Shown: one piece after another, positions 9,022-20,200 of the stretch | How positions within the stretch are numbered: the first letter of the stretch is position 1 | Layout of the letters: every line of letters begins with the position of its first letter | Assembly: GCA_965215335.1 (NCBI GenBank) | Contig: CBDCDA010000001.1 | Span: 1,312,001 to 1,376,000 of the forward strand | Direction of reading: 5' to 3' | DNA length: 64,000 bases | Source of the DNA: an uncultured Candidatus Entotheonella sp. | Lineage (GTDB): Bacteria > Tectomicrobia > Entotheonellia > Entotheonellales > Entotheonellaceae | Notes under the pieces: model-generated | Told to the model about the DNA's origin: nothing | The model's database searches: none | What the model saw: the letters and a program-made list of their open reading frames with translations, nothing else | Program-made: the position numbers and the translations under genes

Positions 9022-9839
9022 TGATTTCGCAGTTTGGATTCGTGCTCATTGTTGTCTTGCTCATCCTCGTCAATGCCATCCGGATTCTGCGCGAGTGGGA
9101 GCGCGGCGTCGTGCTGCGCCTCGGCAAATATCAGGCCGTGCGCGGTCCGGGGCTGGTCTTCATCATTCCGCTGATCGAGAAGATGCACAAGATCAACACG
9201 CGAGTCGTGACCGTCGACGTGCCGCCGCAGGACATCATTACCAAGGATAACGTCACCCTCAAGGTCAACGCCGTCGTGTTCTTCCGGATTCTCAGCCCCC
9301 GGGAGGCGGTGGTGAACGTCGAGGAGTTCTTTTCGGCCACCCACCAGAAGGCGCAAACGGTGCTGCGCAACGTGCTGGGTCAGTTCGAGTTGGACGAGTT
9401 GCTCACCGAGCGCGATGTCATCAACCATCGCCTGCAGACGATTCTGGACTCCGAGACCGACCAGTGGGGGATCAAGGTCGATTCGGTCGAGATCAAGCAC
9501 GTGGACCTGCCGCAGGAAATGCAGCGCGCCATGGCTCGGCAGGCGGAGGCCGAACGCGAGCGACGCTCGAAGATCATCGCGGCGGAGGGCGAGTTTCAGG
9601 CGTCAACACGGCTGGCCGAGGCCGCCGACATCATGGGTCGTCACCCCATGGCATTACAGCTGCGCTTTCTGCAAACCCTTTCCGAAGTGGCGGTGGAGAA
9701 CAATTCGACGATTGTCTTTCCGGTGCCTATCGACCTGATCAAGCCGTTGATGGACATGGCCGAGGGAACCCCCCTGCAGCCTGGCAATGGCGGCCCCAGC
9801 GAGTCCGGCAATGGCGCTGCCGACCGGGTGACCGGGTGA
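9018..9839 (+). CDS. Slipin / SPFH (stomatin-like) protein
   Basis: [46 protein letters not shown] overlap with nfeD. Confidence 0.93.
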   Translation: MMISQFGFVLIVVLLILVNAIRILREWERGVVLRLGKYQAVRGPGLVFIIPLIEKMHKINTRVVTVDVPPQDIITKDNVTLKVNAVVFFRILSPREAVVNVEEFFSATHQKAQTVLRNVLGQFELDELLTERDVINHRLQTILDSETDQWGIKVDSVEIKHVDLPQEMQRAMARQAEAERERRSKIIAAEGEFQASTRLAEAADIMGRHPMALQLRFLQTLSEVAVENNSTIVFPVPIDLIKPLMDMAEGTPLQPGNGGPSESGNGAADRVTG

Positions 9840-9866
9840 TTGGAAGCATCGGGCAGCTCCTTTATT

Positions 9867-10001
9867 GCGGAATCATCCATTCGATTCAGCTTCGGTCGTT
9901 TCACCACGGATGACGACATCACGGAAGCCGCCCGCCTCGTCGTGGACAGCCTCGAATCCCTTGCTTTCGCAGGTCTCGGAACAGAGGACAGCAGGTAGAA
10001 G
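9867..10001 (+). repeat. Direct repeat copy 1: 3' end of the cysteine desulfurase gene
   Basis: GCGGAATCATCCATTCG...GCAGGTAGAAG matches 22794-22928 with one mismatch (ctcGtcgtgg vs ctcCtcgtgg). Confidence 0.95.
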
Positions 10002-10019
10002 GGGAGATGTCAATACGCC

Positions 10020-10931
10020 TCAACGTGGCTTCAGACGGGTAACGAATGACTCTGGTGCTACCTCGAACCGATCAGCAAAAAAGACGCTGATCCAGTCTCG
10101 CACAATGCGCCACTGTCGCTTGATATCCTGTCTTTCTAAGTCTGGTCGATTTTCTTTGACGCGCATGACGCCACGGGCGTCTGTAAGACCTTGCGGCACT
10201 TCTTCAATAATGCGACCGAATGCGGGCATCAAAAGAAGAGTACTTTGCACGGCTGCCTCGAAATCTATCGGCGAAAGCCCGCGCTGTATCTGTAAATCTC
10301 GAAGGTCTGAAAAACCGTCAGATTTGGTGCTATCAACCACAACTGCTGTTTCGGGATTTCGGTACATTTCATAAAGTTTATCGGGTGCGGCACATCGGGG
10401 TAACCAAGCCAGCCCACGGCTTTCGCCATCGTCAATCATTTCCTGGGCTTCGTCGAGCACATTCGATTGCAAGGTGGCAACGGCTGCCTCGATTTCCAAA
10501 CGCTTGGCGGCTGTGGCGGGCATCGCTGACCCCAAGCGTTCCAAAAAACGGGCCACTTCAGGATCGTTAGGCAGTGCAGGCACAAGAAGCTCGATATTGC
10601 TGCGTTCGGACCAGCCTAATGCGCTTGCCGTCAGATTAGCGGAACCAACCAGGCATTGATTATCCGCCAGATAAAGCTTGGCGTGCAGATCATCCAAAAG
10701 TGCCAATTTCGTATTTGGCCGTTCATCTACAACTAACAAGGTATCAAGATCACTTACCCCGGCGGCGACCTCGGCAGTCCTCCATCTTGTAACAACTTGC
10801 ACGGGTATCGACTCCGGAACGATCGGGAGAATAATCTGCAACACTCTCGCCTTAACAAATGGCGCACACAGAATCACCCGGTGTCTTGCGCCTGCCAAAA
10901 GGGACTTGATGCGTTCCCCGTCCGTGATCAT
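10020..10931 (-). CDS. Phospholipase D (single HKD) family nuclease-like protein
   Basis: LHAKLYLAD...GSANLT...N.E motif. Confidence 0.85.
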   Translation of the reverse strand: MITDGERIKSLLAGARHRVILCAPFVKARVLQIILPIVPESIPVQVVTRWRTAEVAAGVSDLDTLLVVDERPNTKLALLDDLHAKLYLADNQCLVGSANLTASALGWSERSNIELLVPALPNDPEVARFLERLGSAMPATAAKRLEIEAAVATLQSNVLDEAQEMIDDGESRGLAWLPRCAAPDKLYEMYRNPETAVVVDSTKSDGFSDLRDLQIQRGLSPIDFEAAVQSTLLLMPAFGRIIEEVPQGLTDARGVMRVKENRPDLERQDIKRQWRIVRDWISVFFADRFEVAPESFVTRLKPR

Positions 10932-10951
10932 GAGCGTCTGCCCCCGGGGAG

Positions 10952-12817
10952 TTACAATTCGGCATCAGAGTCTGGTTGTAAGAAGTCCGCCGCCATATGC
11001 CCCCACTCAAGACGCACCTTCCGAAGGCGTTTGGCAAGATCCACACCCGCTTCACGCTCGTAACGTGCCCAGGCTGCAAAGACAATTTTGGCAGCATTCA
11101 CCGCCCTGGCCAGACGCTCAACTACCTCTTCCTTAGAAAGTTTGCTTACATCCTCATCAATCGTAGCAATAGTACCAAAGATATCGTCGAAGGCAGGATG
11201 CTGCCTGTTAAAGGTAATCTCCGTTGTATTTCCCTTCATCTCCACATGGAATAGGTTAAAGGGGTCTGGAAAGTCTGCCTCCAGAAAGATCACCTTTAGC
11301 TCTGCATCTCTTATTAGAGACACAAGTTCCTCCGCGTTGACCTGACTGTATTTCTTGTTCTTAGTAAGGTCAACGCGGATTTCATCCAAGTCATTATCCG
11401 TCGGAGACTTGTTTTCTCCTTCGAGGGGTCGCTCCCTGGATCGTTCCTTCCATGCCTCATTGACGGTCCTCGTGACATCGTCCGGAGTATCGTGACGTGT
11501 CCTGCCTTTCCGTTTCGTAGATCGCAGTCCTGCACCTTGAGCCTTGATCCCCTCACGTAGTCGGACAAGGTTTCGTTTGATACTGTCGCTCAAGACAAGT
11601 AGCCAACCACGCGGATCTCCGTCTTCTTTGAGCCGATTTACCACATCAATAAATTCCTCCCCCTCTTCTGCGAGTTGAGCCCATTCCATTGAGGCCAACT
11701 CCGAAAAATGCGTAGTTGCTTGTTTGTTGTTTGTGAGACCGAATACTTCATCCAAAGTCGGTGGAAACTCTATTTCAACACCCCACCAGCGTTCTCTTGG
11801 GTCGTATTCGATGGACCAGCCCGTATCAAGCGTAATCTCCCGCCCTGCACGAAGCACCGAAACACCAGTGTTGTTTCGTGCGTCCTTACCATACTTGGTA
11901 TCGCCTCGTTGCTGCGTACCTGCATTGTCTACCGTGTCCTGTGTAGCTACTGAATACCGGACCTGTACAGTGTGCTTTTCGCCATTATGCTCGATCTCAC
12001 ATGGATCGTCGAACACATGTTCGAACATTGGTTTCTCATGGAACGGTGGCGGCATTAAAGGAGAAGCATTTAGGTAAAGTGGATCGTTGAAGGCCGCCTC
12101 CCGGTCAACAAGTACGTGATCACTATCGGCCTCTCTGGCAAAAAGTCGGATCGTCACTGACCCGTCTAGGATAAAGCGCCGATAAATCCGCCCCACAATC
12201 CGTTCCATATTGCGAAAGGTATGCTTTGCACTCTTCCAAGTCAGCCTACCGGTATCAAGGTCCGACCAAACTACCAATGTTCCTCTATGCCCAATGTCAG
12301 TAGACAACACACGCCACTCTTCAGGAACTGAATCGTGCTTTGGCGCTGGGATTTCACGCATGCTCTCATCTTCAATCTCATCAAGGTCAATAAATGTCTT
12401 GATTGCGTTGTCCGGCCCGTTTCGCCAACTCCAAACGTCCACCCGTTTCGCTTGCGAGATTGATGCGTTGGGAAGCCCCATACCGAAACGACCGATGCCA
12501 GATCGATCGTTCAAGCGCGTACCATTTCCAAATTGAAGTGCCATTCTCAATGTCGGTTCGTCCATACCTGCCCCATTGTCAATAACCGCAATCTTGTAAA
12601 GCCTTCTGCGCTCTCGAGTCTGGACAGTCTCACGCTTTTCGACACAAAGCACTTCGATCATTGATGCATCAGCTTGCACAGCGTTATCAATAAGTTCGGC
12701 AAGCGCATAAGCCGTGTTCTTATACCCCGAATCACGCATCGCCGTTATGGCGAGATGCTGAGGAATGATTGGAGCGTCGAACAGGTCTCCTTGCTCAGAA
12801 CTCTCAACGCGGGTCAT
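10952..12817 (-). CDS. GHKL/MORC-type ATPase
   Basis: ALAELIDNAVQA, VIDNGAGM, GIGRFGMGL, GTLV motifs. Start placed at ATG 12817 (GGGAGG RBS), overlapping the helicase stop. Confidence 0.87.
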   Translation of the reverse strand: MTRVESSEQGDLFDAPIIPQHLAITAMRDSGYKNTAYALAELIDNAVQADASMIEVLCVEKRETVQTRERRRLYKIAVIDNGAGMDEPTLRMALQFGNGTRLNDRSGIGRFGMGLPNASISQAKRVDVWSWRNGPDNAIKTFIDLDEIEDESMREIPAPKHDSVPEEWRVLSTDIGHRGTLVVWSDLDTGRLTWKSAKHTFRNMERIVGRIYRRFILDGSVTIRLFAREADSDHVLVDREAAFNDPLYLNASPLMPPPFHEKPMFEHVFDDPCEIEHNGEKHTVQVRYSVATQDTVDNAGTQQRGDTKYGKDARNNTGVSVLRAGREITLDTGWSIEYDPRERWWGVEIEFPPTLDEVFGLTNNKQATTHFSELASMEWAQLAEEGEEFIDVVNRLKEDGDPRGWLLVLSDSIKRNLVRLREGIKAQGAGLRSTKRKGRTRHDTPDDVTRTVNEAWKERSRERPLEGENKSPTDNDLDEIRVDLTKNKKYSQVNAEELVSLIRDAELKVIFLEADFPDPFNLFHVEMKGNTTEITFNRQHPAFDDIFGTIATIDEDVSKLSKEEVVERLARAVNAAKIVFAAWARYEREAGVDLAKRLRKVRLEWGHMAADFLQPDSDAEL

Positions 12818-14462
12818 GCCACACATCCTCCCAATTTGTAAATGCCTCCGCCACATCGCCAAAACCTGGCAAGTGTATGTCAACAACGGTTGAAACCGTA
12901 CAGGTTCTATTGCCGCCCGCCCTCGGTCCTCGCGTCGCCCGGCCCGCCATTTGGCTGAACAACACGAGGGATTTTGTCGGTCTGGCAATCACGGCGGCAC
13001 TGGTATTTGGCGCGTCGAATCCCGTTGTGAGCACACCGAAATTACATAACACCATAGGGTCTGTGCTGGGCCGCCGGAAGGCTTTGATTGACCGTGACCG
13101 GGCGGCTACCCCCGTTCTGGCCGTCACAACACGTGCATCAATGCCTATCGCCATCAGCGCTGACGCCAGTACCTCAGCATGCCGGACCGACGCCGCAAAC
13201 AGTATCAACCTTCGATGGCCCTCTTCATTTATCAAACGCCGTATCTCATTGACGACCACGACGTTGCGGTCCTCTTGGCCTGCTATAGCCTCAAGCACCT
13301 TTGGTTCGTAGTCATTACCTGTAGCCGCCTTTTTCAACCGAGATCGGAGTTCAGGAGTCGTATCCACTTCGAGACGCCTGAACGTTGTTTTCGCCAAGTA
13401 CCCCTGCTCCATAAGGAACGACACCGGATTGTCCCGGCCCTCAACTTCCAGCATGACCTTACGGCCGTTGAAGAATTCGGATAGTTGCTCGTCTGCCGAA
13501 ATATTCGACCATGTGCGGCCTGGGGTCGCCGTCAAGCCAAGGAGAGCGTTATTTGCACCTGTCTCAGTCAAGGTTTCAATTACTTCCCGATAGGTCGGTG
13601 CGATGGCCTGATGCGCTTCGTCAACGACAACCAGCTTAACCGACCTTGCAATTCGCAAGACCCCAATAGGGTCCCTTGTTTTCCATGCGTGCATCTTTTG
13701 TAAACCGGCGATGATTAAACCATCCGAGATTGCAGAAATATCTGGCGTGTAATCCCCCCAGAAGCGCCCGATATCAATCGGGCGATTGCCAAGCCTTGAC
13801 CAAACGCCTTGGAACGCGTCTGCTGCCTGATCGAGCAATTCGGCGCTTGCAGCCAACCAAACGACGACAACCGGTTCGTGTTCTGTCATAACCCGGCTCA
13901 CAATGTGCATTGCCGTTCTGGTCTTGCCCGCCCCCGTCGGCATATGAAGAACGACCCGCCCATGCCCGCCCCGAATTGCATCACAAACGCGGTCCGCGGC
14001 ACGTCGCTGATGCGGGAACAGTCCGAACTCAGGACGAACGGACTGGCGCTCAGGTTCAGCCGAGAAAAACACCGGGCCACGCGTGTCAATCCCGAAGAAT
14101 CCCAGAAAGGTCTCGCAAATCCGGTCATCCTTAGTCGGATCGAGAGCACGGACCAGTCTGACATTCGGGACACCCAGCCGGTCCGCGAATTCGGTGAGCT
14201 TTTCATCTGACATGACGCCGTAAACAATCCTTCGGACATCTCTGCGAGCCAAGAGAACATCAGGCTTGTCGCGGAGCACGCCAGCGGCGACCTGTCGTAG
14301 GATCGCGATTTTCTCTTCAGGATCAACAAGTCTGTCAATCAGAGAAACAACGTCTTGCCCCAGTATCGTGACCAGTTCAACCGGCTTGAGGAGCTGTACT
14401 ACCTCATCCAAATCTTGTCCGGGACCATTCGTGAAAGTGAGTGACGATTTCGTCTCAGCCAT
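12804..14462 (-). CDS. Superfamily 2 DEAH helicase/translocase (ResIII-like)
   Basis: LFPHQ, MPTGAGKT, DEAH, TAT, LTTGFD, QMAGRATR. Confidence 0.92.
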   Translation of the reverse strand: MAETKSSLTFTNGPGQDLDEVVQLLKPVELVTILGQDVVSLIDRLVDPEEKIAILRQVAAGVLRDKPDVLLARRDVRRIVYGVMSDEKLTEFADRLGVPNVRLVRALDPTKDDRICETFLGFFGIDTRGPVFFSAEPERQSVRPEFGLFPHQRRAADRVCDAIRGGHGRVVLHMPTGAGKTRTAMHIVSRVMTEHEPVVVVWLAASAELLDQAADAFQGVWSRLGNRPIDIGRFWGDYTPDISAISDGLIIAGLQKMHAWKTRDPIGVLRIARSVKLVVVDEAHQAIAPTYREVIETLTETGANNALLGLTATPGRTWSNISADEQLSEFFNGRKVMLEVEGRDNPVSFLMEQGYLAKTTFRRLEVDTTPELRSRLKKAATGNDYEPKVLEAIAGQEDRNVVVVNEIRRLINEEGHRRLILFAASVRHAEVLASALMAIGIDARVVTARTGVAARSRSIKAFRRPSTDPMVLCNFGVLTTGFDAPNTSAAVIARPTKSLVLFSQMAGRATRGPRAGGNRTCTVSTVVDIHLPGFGDVAEAFTNWEDVWHDPR

Positions 14463-14598
14463 GTTGATCTTCGCAGCTTGCCTTGAGCGACAGCTTTATG
14501 GGGCCATCACGGAAGTATGGAGGTTCTCACTGGAATTCTGCTGTAACCGACACCCCCAGATGAGGGGAACACACCTGGAAATGAAGCAAATTGTTCAC

Positions 14599-15891
14599 TC
14601 AACAGATCTCTGGGCGGGAGTAGTAAAGTGGAAGATCGATCTCATCAGGCGCCCGATTAAGAGCACCAGCGTACTGCCTCCTTAGCGCATCGGCCGTTGC
14701 TTTGTAAGGCGCCTTGGAAAGGTCGCCACCCAGTGCGTTGAAGATCAATCGGCGGGCGATATTCTGATTCTCTTTCGCGGTTATCATCCGCTTGTTGGCG
14801 CTGTCCCAAAGCAGCCCTGTCCACGGGTATTCCGATAACTCAGTGGGGGTGTGGCCAACGCACTCCAAAGCAGTGGCATCACTCAGGCCCATACTGGAAC
14901 GAAGGTCCACAGCAACGCGGGTGACCAGAAGCAGGCCGACTGGCCGAAACAGCAAGTGCCCGCCATGGATGCTCCGGTACTTGCCCACGACCTCTGCTTC
15001 TGCCGAGCTTGCCCGCAGTTCTGTCAGTGGTGGAAATTGACCACTCAAGCCATCCCAAAACTTCACGGCCTTTGAGTACAAGACATCAACCTCCTTTTCA
15101 GGAGGTCGCCAACGCTTATAATCGTTCCAGCCTTTCTTGCGATCGCGCAGGACAATGTCCATCGTGTCATACAACGTTGCAATTGTCGTCAGATTGGCAC
15201 GGTCATCGGGCTTAATGGAGTTCTTCAGGCCCGTGTCTACCTTGTTGCGCAACAGAGGATGCTCTTCCAGAAGTCTCCGTGTGACAACTGCAATCACGTC
15301 GTCCTCGTCGAGCGCGATGATATCCCGCTTATTCACGGGCTTGGCATACCGGTTGAGCGTCGAAAAAAGGCGCCGTGTGCGCTCAAAACCTTCAGGGTCC
15401 TTGTCACGCTCACTAGCCGTGACCCCTTTGACAAAAATTGTGCACACCTCCTCTTCTTCTAGTGACCTGTCTTGAACGACGGCCTCCTTTATCCCCTTTA
15501 CACGATGCTGTCCGTCAATCGCGAACAACGTTTCGTCCCCGCTGAGTTCGAGGAAGCCTATTGACCCCTCGGGGTGTTCCGGCACGTCGGCAACGCCCTC
15601 TCTTCCCTTAACGGAAAGGTCATGCCAATTCGGACTGCCGCCGTAACTGCCAATGACGATCGCATTGAAAAACCGCTGCTCTTGGCCGAGCAAATACTCA
15701 GCAATCCTTTTGGAATTATTCGTGAGCATTCTCTGCAGCAAGTCCTTCAGGGACGCACTGGTGTGGATATCATCGACAACGCTGATCCGGGAGGCGATTT
15801 CCTTCATGCTGATGAACGATATGTAATAAATCCAGTCTCCCATTTTTGCGCGCAGAGCGGGCAGAAATAGTCGGCTTAGATTGGTGCTCAT
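14599..15891 (-). CDS. DGQHR-domain (DndB / ParB-like) protein
   Basis: LQR, RFFNAIVI, AIDGQHR, RRLFSTLNRYAKPV; start ATG 15891 overlaps the upstream TGA (TGATG). Confidence 0.88.
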   Translation of the reverse strand: MSTNLSRLFLPALRAKMGDWIYYISFISMKEIASRISVVDDIHTSASLKDLLQRMLTNNSKRIAEYLLGQEQRFFNAIVIGSYGGSPNWHDLSVKGREGVADVPEHPEGSIGFLELSGDETLFAIDGQHRVKGIKEAVVQDRSLEEEEVCTIFVKGVTASERDKDPEGFERTRRLFSTLNRYAKPVNKRDIIALDEDDVIAVVTRRLLEEHPLLRNKVDTGLKNSIKPDDRANLTTIATLYDTMDIVLRDRKKGWNDYKRWRPPEKEVDVLYSKAVKFWDGLSGQFPPLTELRASSAEAEVVGKYRSIHGGHLLFRPVGLLLVTRVAVDLRSSMGLSDATALECVGHTPTELSEYPWTGLLWDSANKRMITAKENQNIARRLIFNALGGDLSKAPYKATADALRRQYAGALNRAPDEIDLPLYYSRPEIC

Positions 15892-16397
15892 CAGAATGCT
15901 CCTTTTGCCGTGTTTATCTCCCCGGTAAACCTGGCATTGCAAGGAGGCACAAACGCGTTGATCAATTGTTCTTCCATGTCATCAAGCTCTCTTTCGTCAA
16001 CACCAGAATAGAAAAACTGTATGTAGCCGCGATACTTTTCGAGAAGCCGTACGATCTTGGGACGCTTGTGACGTTCGACAGTCAAGTAATCAATGAAACG
16101 CTGACGAAGATCCTTGGCTTTACCGAGATACATGAGATAAGAACAAGCCGGGTGCCCGGCAGTTCCGGGCTGAATCACCAGCGAATAGACGCCGGCATAC
16201 CGAGGCACTTCACTTCTCTGACGGTTGTTAAGTTCAACGCCTTGCCAAGGCAGACTTAGCTCCGGGTTGCGAGTCAGCCATTGGCGTGGCCACAGGCATA
16301 TGTCCCAAACGTGAGCCCTGTATTCATCTTGTGCTGCTACGACGTCCGCCGGCGAAGACTGCCTTGATTCGTTTTCTGCCATCGAACCCGTCTTCAT
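15891..16397 (-). CDS. GIY-YIG nuclease
   Basis: GVY...YLGKAKDLRQRF...E.QLI.....PCN: conserved GIY-YIG Tyr, Arg, Glu and Asn. Confidence 0.82.
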   Translation of the reverse strand: MKTGSMAENESRQSSPADVVAAQDEYRAHVWDICLWPRQWLTRNPELSLPWQGVELNNRQRSEVPRYAGVYSLVIQPGTAGHPACSYLMYLGKAKDLRQRFIDYLTVERHKRPKIVRLLEKYRGYIQFFYSGVDERELDDMEEQLINAFVPPCNARFTGEINTAKGAF

Positions 16398-16407
16398 TTC
16401 CCTGTTT

Positions 16408-17235
16408 CTATTTGTGACACGCCAAGCACGCCTTTGCTTTCCCATAAAGGTCATCAATATCAAGCGGCTCACTATCCGGCCTTAGTGGATTACGTTGAAC
16501 CTTGGAGCGCATCCGGGCGAGCCGTTGCTCGTAATCCCGTCTGATCTGCTCAATGCGTTTCGGTTGCTCTAATTCCTCTAGTGACTCCCCTTGGCTCCAG
16601 GTAAACGGTGAGCCGTGTTCAACGGCGTTTTTCTCGTACGCCTTGGCCTCCTCGAAATAGTCCGGATGCCGCTCCATCAGCCGCACCCACTCGATCTTTT
16701 GCTGGAAGAAGCAGAACGTGCAGCCGCTTCGGGTGCGCCATTCGTAGTATCTGGGCAAGCCCAAGCCCGTTCCTTCCAGAATCTCCAGTACCCTGGCCTT
16801 GTCGATACCGGCGTCCTTGAAGGGTAGCCGCACATGGAGACCCTCGTGTTTTGAGGCGTAGCCTTCGCGGTACTGCTCGTCGGCACGGATGGCTACGTAG
16901 CTGTAGACAGTGGTGCCGGCATTCAACATAGGGCGGAGCCATTGCTCGAAGGGTCGTAGTTTGAGTTGTCGCGTACACCAGCGGGTCTGCGGCGACGGCA
17001 GGAAATTGTTGTATTGCTTAAGCCAGAAATCAAAATCCCGGTCGGGATTCAACCGCAAGATGGGCTCGCCGAGAAAGCCTTCCAGCTTGACGAGGAACTC
17101 GTAGACCTCGGGCAACTCCTTGCCTGTATCGGTGAAGAAGTAGGCGATGTCCAATTCGGGGTGGTTCTCACGCATGTAGACGGCGAGCGCGGCACTGTCG
17201 CGGCCACCGGAAAGCCCCAGCACGTGTCGTTCCAT
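16408..17235 (-). CDS. PAPS-reductase-family PP-loop protein (SspD/DndC-like)
   Basis: SGGRDS PP-loop, FTDTG.E, RWCT, RSGCTFC, C-terminal CLAC. Confidence 0.88.
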   Translation of the reverse strand: MERHVLGLSGGRDSAALAVYMRENHPELDIAYFFTDTGKELPEVYEFLVKLEGFLGEPILRLNPDRDFDFWLKQYNNFLPSPQTRWCTRQLKLRPFEQWLRPMLNAGTTVYSYVAIRADEQYREGYASKHEGLHVRLPFKDAGIDKARVLEILEGTGLGLPRYYEWRTRSGCTFCFFQQKIEWVRLMERHPDYFEEAKAYEKNAVEHGSPFTWSQGESLEELEQPKRIEQIRRDYEQRLARMRSKVQRNPLRPDSEPLDIDDLYGKAKACLACHK

Positions 17236-17246
17236 GCCCGCAGCCC

Positions 17247-20200
17247 TCACGATGCGTCCCGTTTCTTGCCGCACTTTGCGGATCCGGCGGCGCTCATGCT
17301 CCGAAGATGCCGAGCGCTCAACTCGGCCAGGGCGGCGAGAATCACGTTACGCCGCTTTTCACCGCTGCGTTTCAGAACCGCGTCTATCCGGTCGATTAAC
17401 GCATCCGCATCCTCGCGTTCTGGATCGGTGACGTCGAATTCGTCATGGAACGGCGTCGCCCGCCCACCCATGCCGACCACCACCGCCATGGCATGTCGTT
17501 TGTCCGGCCGCCCCTTGACGTGAGCAAACACCTCGGCACGGATGAACTGCTGAGCCATGCCCGCAAGTTCAATCGCGGCACGATCGATATCGGAGTCCAC
17601 CCAGTTTCGCGAGGGTTTGTTCGTCGCCATACTCGCCAAGCTTTCCATGTCATCGTCACTGCCATAGAACTGCGCCAACCGCACGACAAAGGCCTCCAAG
17701 CGATGGTCGCCTGCCAGTTGACGGATGTTCTCGGCGCGAACACGCAACTCGGCCAGCATTGGCTGCGACGTATTGGGCACCTGCAACTCGGCCAACAGCG
17801 TCTCGCGCAGGCGATGCAACATCGTGGGGTAAGCCTGCCTGAGCTCCGTCAGTCCCTCACGCATGTGTTCTGCAATTTGTCGCAGTGCCTCCGCTCCGCC
17901 CCCCTCGACACCGTTACCCAACGCATGCGGGATATCGTCAAAAATCAATTTGTTTGGGTCATTTGCCCGCTTGAACAACTGCCGTACACGTTTCGCATGA
18001 GCGGAAAGCCGCTGCGTGCGGGCAACCCACGAAGGTAGCCGGTCATAAATGGCAACCAGCCCTCGGGCCACATCGATAGGCTCCAAGTCGGTTAACGTAT
18101 TCTCCTCGTCCAGTTCCCGAACAATATGGGCCATATCGGACAGAAGCCGCCGTATCTTGTCCGACAAGTTCATCCAGCGAAGCCGAATAGCATCGGCGTC
18201 CATCGACAGGTACTCCACGTCCAAATCGGACAAACGAGGCTGGAAAACGCCTTGCCGATAGAAGGCCAGGTCCTGGCGCATGGAAAGCACGAATGCCACC
18301 GCAAGAAGCGGCAGCAACCCATCTTTAATGCCGAACGGCGCCTGTCGCCAGATATCGTAGAGATCGGTAACGGATACCGTGTGGTCCGCATTGGCCCTCA
18401 GATATTTGGCCGCCGCCTGCCACGTCGGCTGCAGGTTGCAGGGGTCTTGGCCATTGCTGCCCGGCATGACGAAGGTCCATCCGTGCGCAGTTTGGCGATA
18501 CAAGGCCGTTGCCTCCAATAGCGACACGAACAGTCCCCCCTCCGCCGGGAAGCCCTTGATGCCAAGACGTTCCTTGCCCTCCTCAAGCACCATGCGCCGC
18601 AGCAGGACATTCCGCGCTGCCACCGCGCTGCCCGACGGTTTGGCGCGGTTCAGGAGCTCGTTATGGAGTCGCGGGGCGCAGCGGAAGCGATTGTCGGCCA
18701 AGTCGGAGGCCAAGCCATTAAGCCCGGTCCGGGCCAGCTTCTCGGCAGAGCCCCTTCGGAACCAAACAGCACTGTCGAAAGCTCGGTTCAGTCCGCTCTG
18801 GATATGCCCCTGAACAACTGCGATGCGTGATCCGACCTCTTTTCCTGCAATAGGGTCTCTCTTCAAGTCCGGCGTTTCTTCCCGCACTTTTTCCAACGCT
18901 AGCAATTCCTTGGCCAAACCGGTAATATCCCAGGCTTCTTGCGGCAAGCCGATGATGATGTCGCAATCATTCACCTTGTCAGCCACACGGCAGCATGTCT
19001 CCCGGGCCACCGACTCTGCCTCGCCATACGAGGCGACGGCCAGGAAAAAGGCCCCCACGGCACCCTTCCCAGGTGTATAGGACGCAATGGTCCCTTCCAG
19101 GTCCATCAACCTTACAACCGAGACATCGAACCAGCGCAGGGTTCCTGTCTTGTGGTAGTGCCGCTTGGCGACAATGGGTTGCAGGCCGGCAAGCGCATTG
19201 AGCACCGCAAAGTCCGCTTCGTCGATGTCCGCGGCGGCACGTTGCACGGCGTCGTCGATGTCAAAGTCGCTTCCCTCGAAGATGCTGTATGAGTCACTGA
19301 ATTTCCGGAAGATGATGAGCGATTGACGTTGCAAGGCGGCCAATGCTGTCTTGAATTCTTCAGGACCTTGGCCGATCAGGGCGCCTTGAAGCAGGCCGGG
19401 ACTCGCCGCCAAGCCTGAACGCCCCTTCAACAAGTCAATCAGTCCGATCGTCTTGAGCAGCCGGACTTGCAGCCCGTCGCCGCCTGCGGCTTCACAGCGT
19501 CCGAGGGCATCAACCGTCAGCGCCCAGCGGTGGCCGTCGGGAGAGGCCATGATGGACGGTTCCAGATTAAGGCGCAGGTAATCCCATAAGAGGTCGGGTG
19601 TGTACAGTTCAGAGTCGTCGGCATGGCGCAGGAAGTCCTGAAGGCCCCCCGGTTCGGAAGAATTGAGAAAGCCGAAGATGCTGCGCTGATTCTGGCCGAA
19701 TCGACGCCGCGACGTGGGACCGAGCAGACAGGCGACAACCGGATGCAGCGGCCAACAGGCCTCCAGCATCTGCGCCAGTCGGGGTGATTTTGGTTTGCGT
19801 GCCAGCGCCGCCACATGCTCGGCCAAGGCACTCGGTTTCTCAGTCGTACGATCGCTTTCAATCGCACGACCAAGTAGGTCGATTTGCTCATCACTGCCGA
19901 CGTTGAGGGCGAGGTCGACAAAACGGCCCTGTATCTTCGCCCATTCTCCGCGTGCCTCCCGGGATAAGCGGTGCGCATACTCGTCAAACGCCTGATGCAG
20001 AACGCCGACGACGATCAGTCGTTTGTTGCTGCGCGAAGCCATCTCGGCCAATTGCTGGAAAAAATAGATGTCCGAGCCGTCATATGCCGCCGCCTCCAGC
20101 AACTTGCCCATCTCGTCTATAAATACCAACAATCCTCCGGTCGTTTGCGGGTCTTGTTCAGCCATGTGTTGCAAGAGTTCCAAAACCCGCCTTTCGCTCC

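Noticed and set aside
9867..10001. attL/attR of a prophage or ICE at a tRNA
   Set aside because: The repeat is protein-coding desulfurase sequence, with no tRNA fold, integrase or phage genes nearby
14463..14598. Internal promoter or ncRNA in the island's largest intergenic gap
   Set aside because: Only a weak CCCC/GGGG hairpin and no convincing -35/-10 pair
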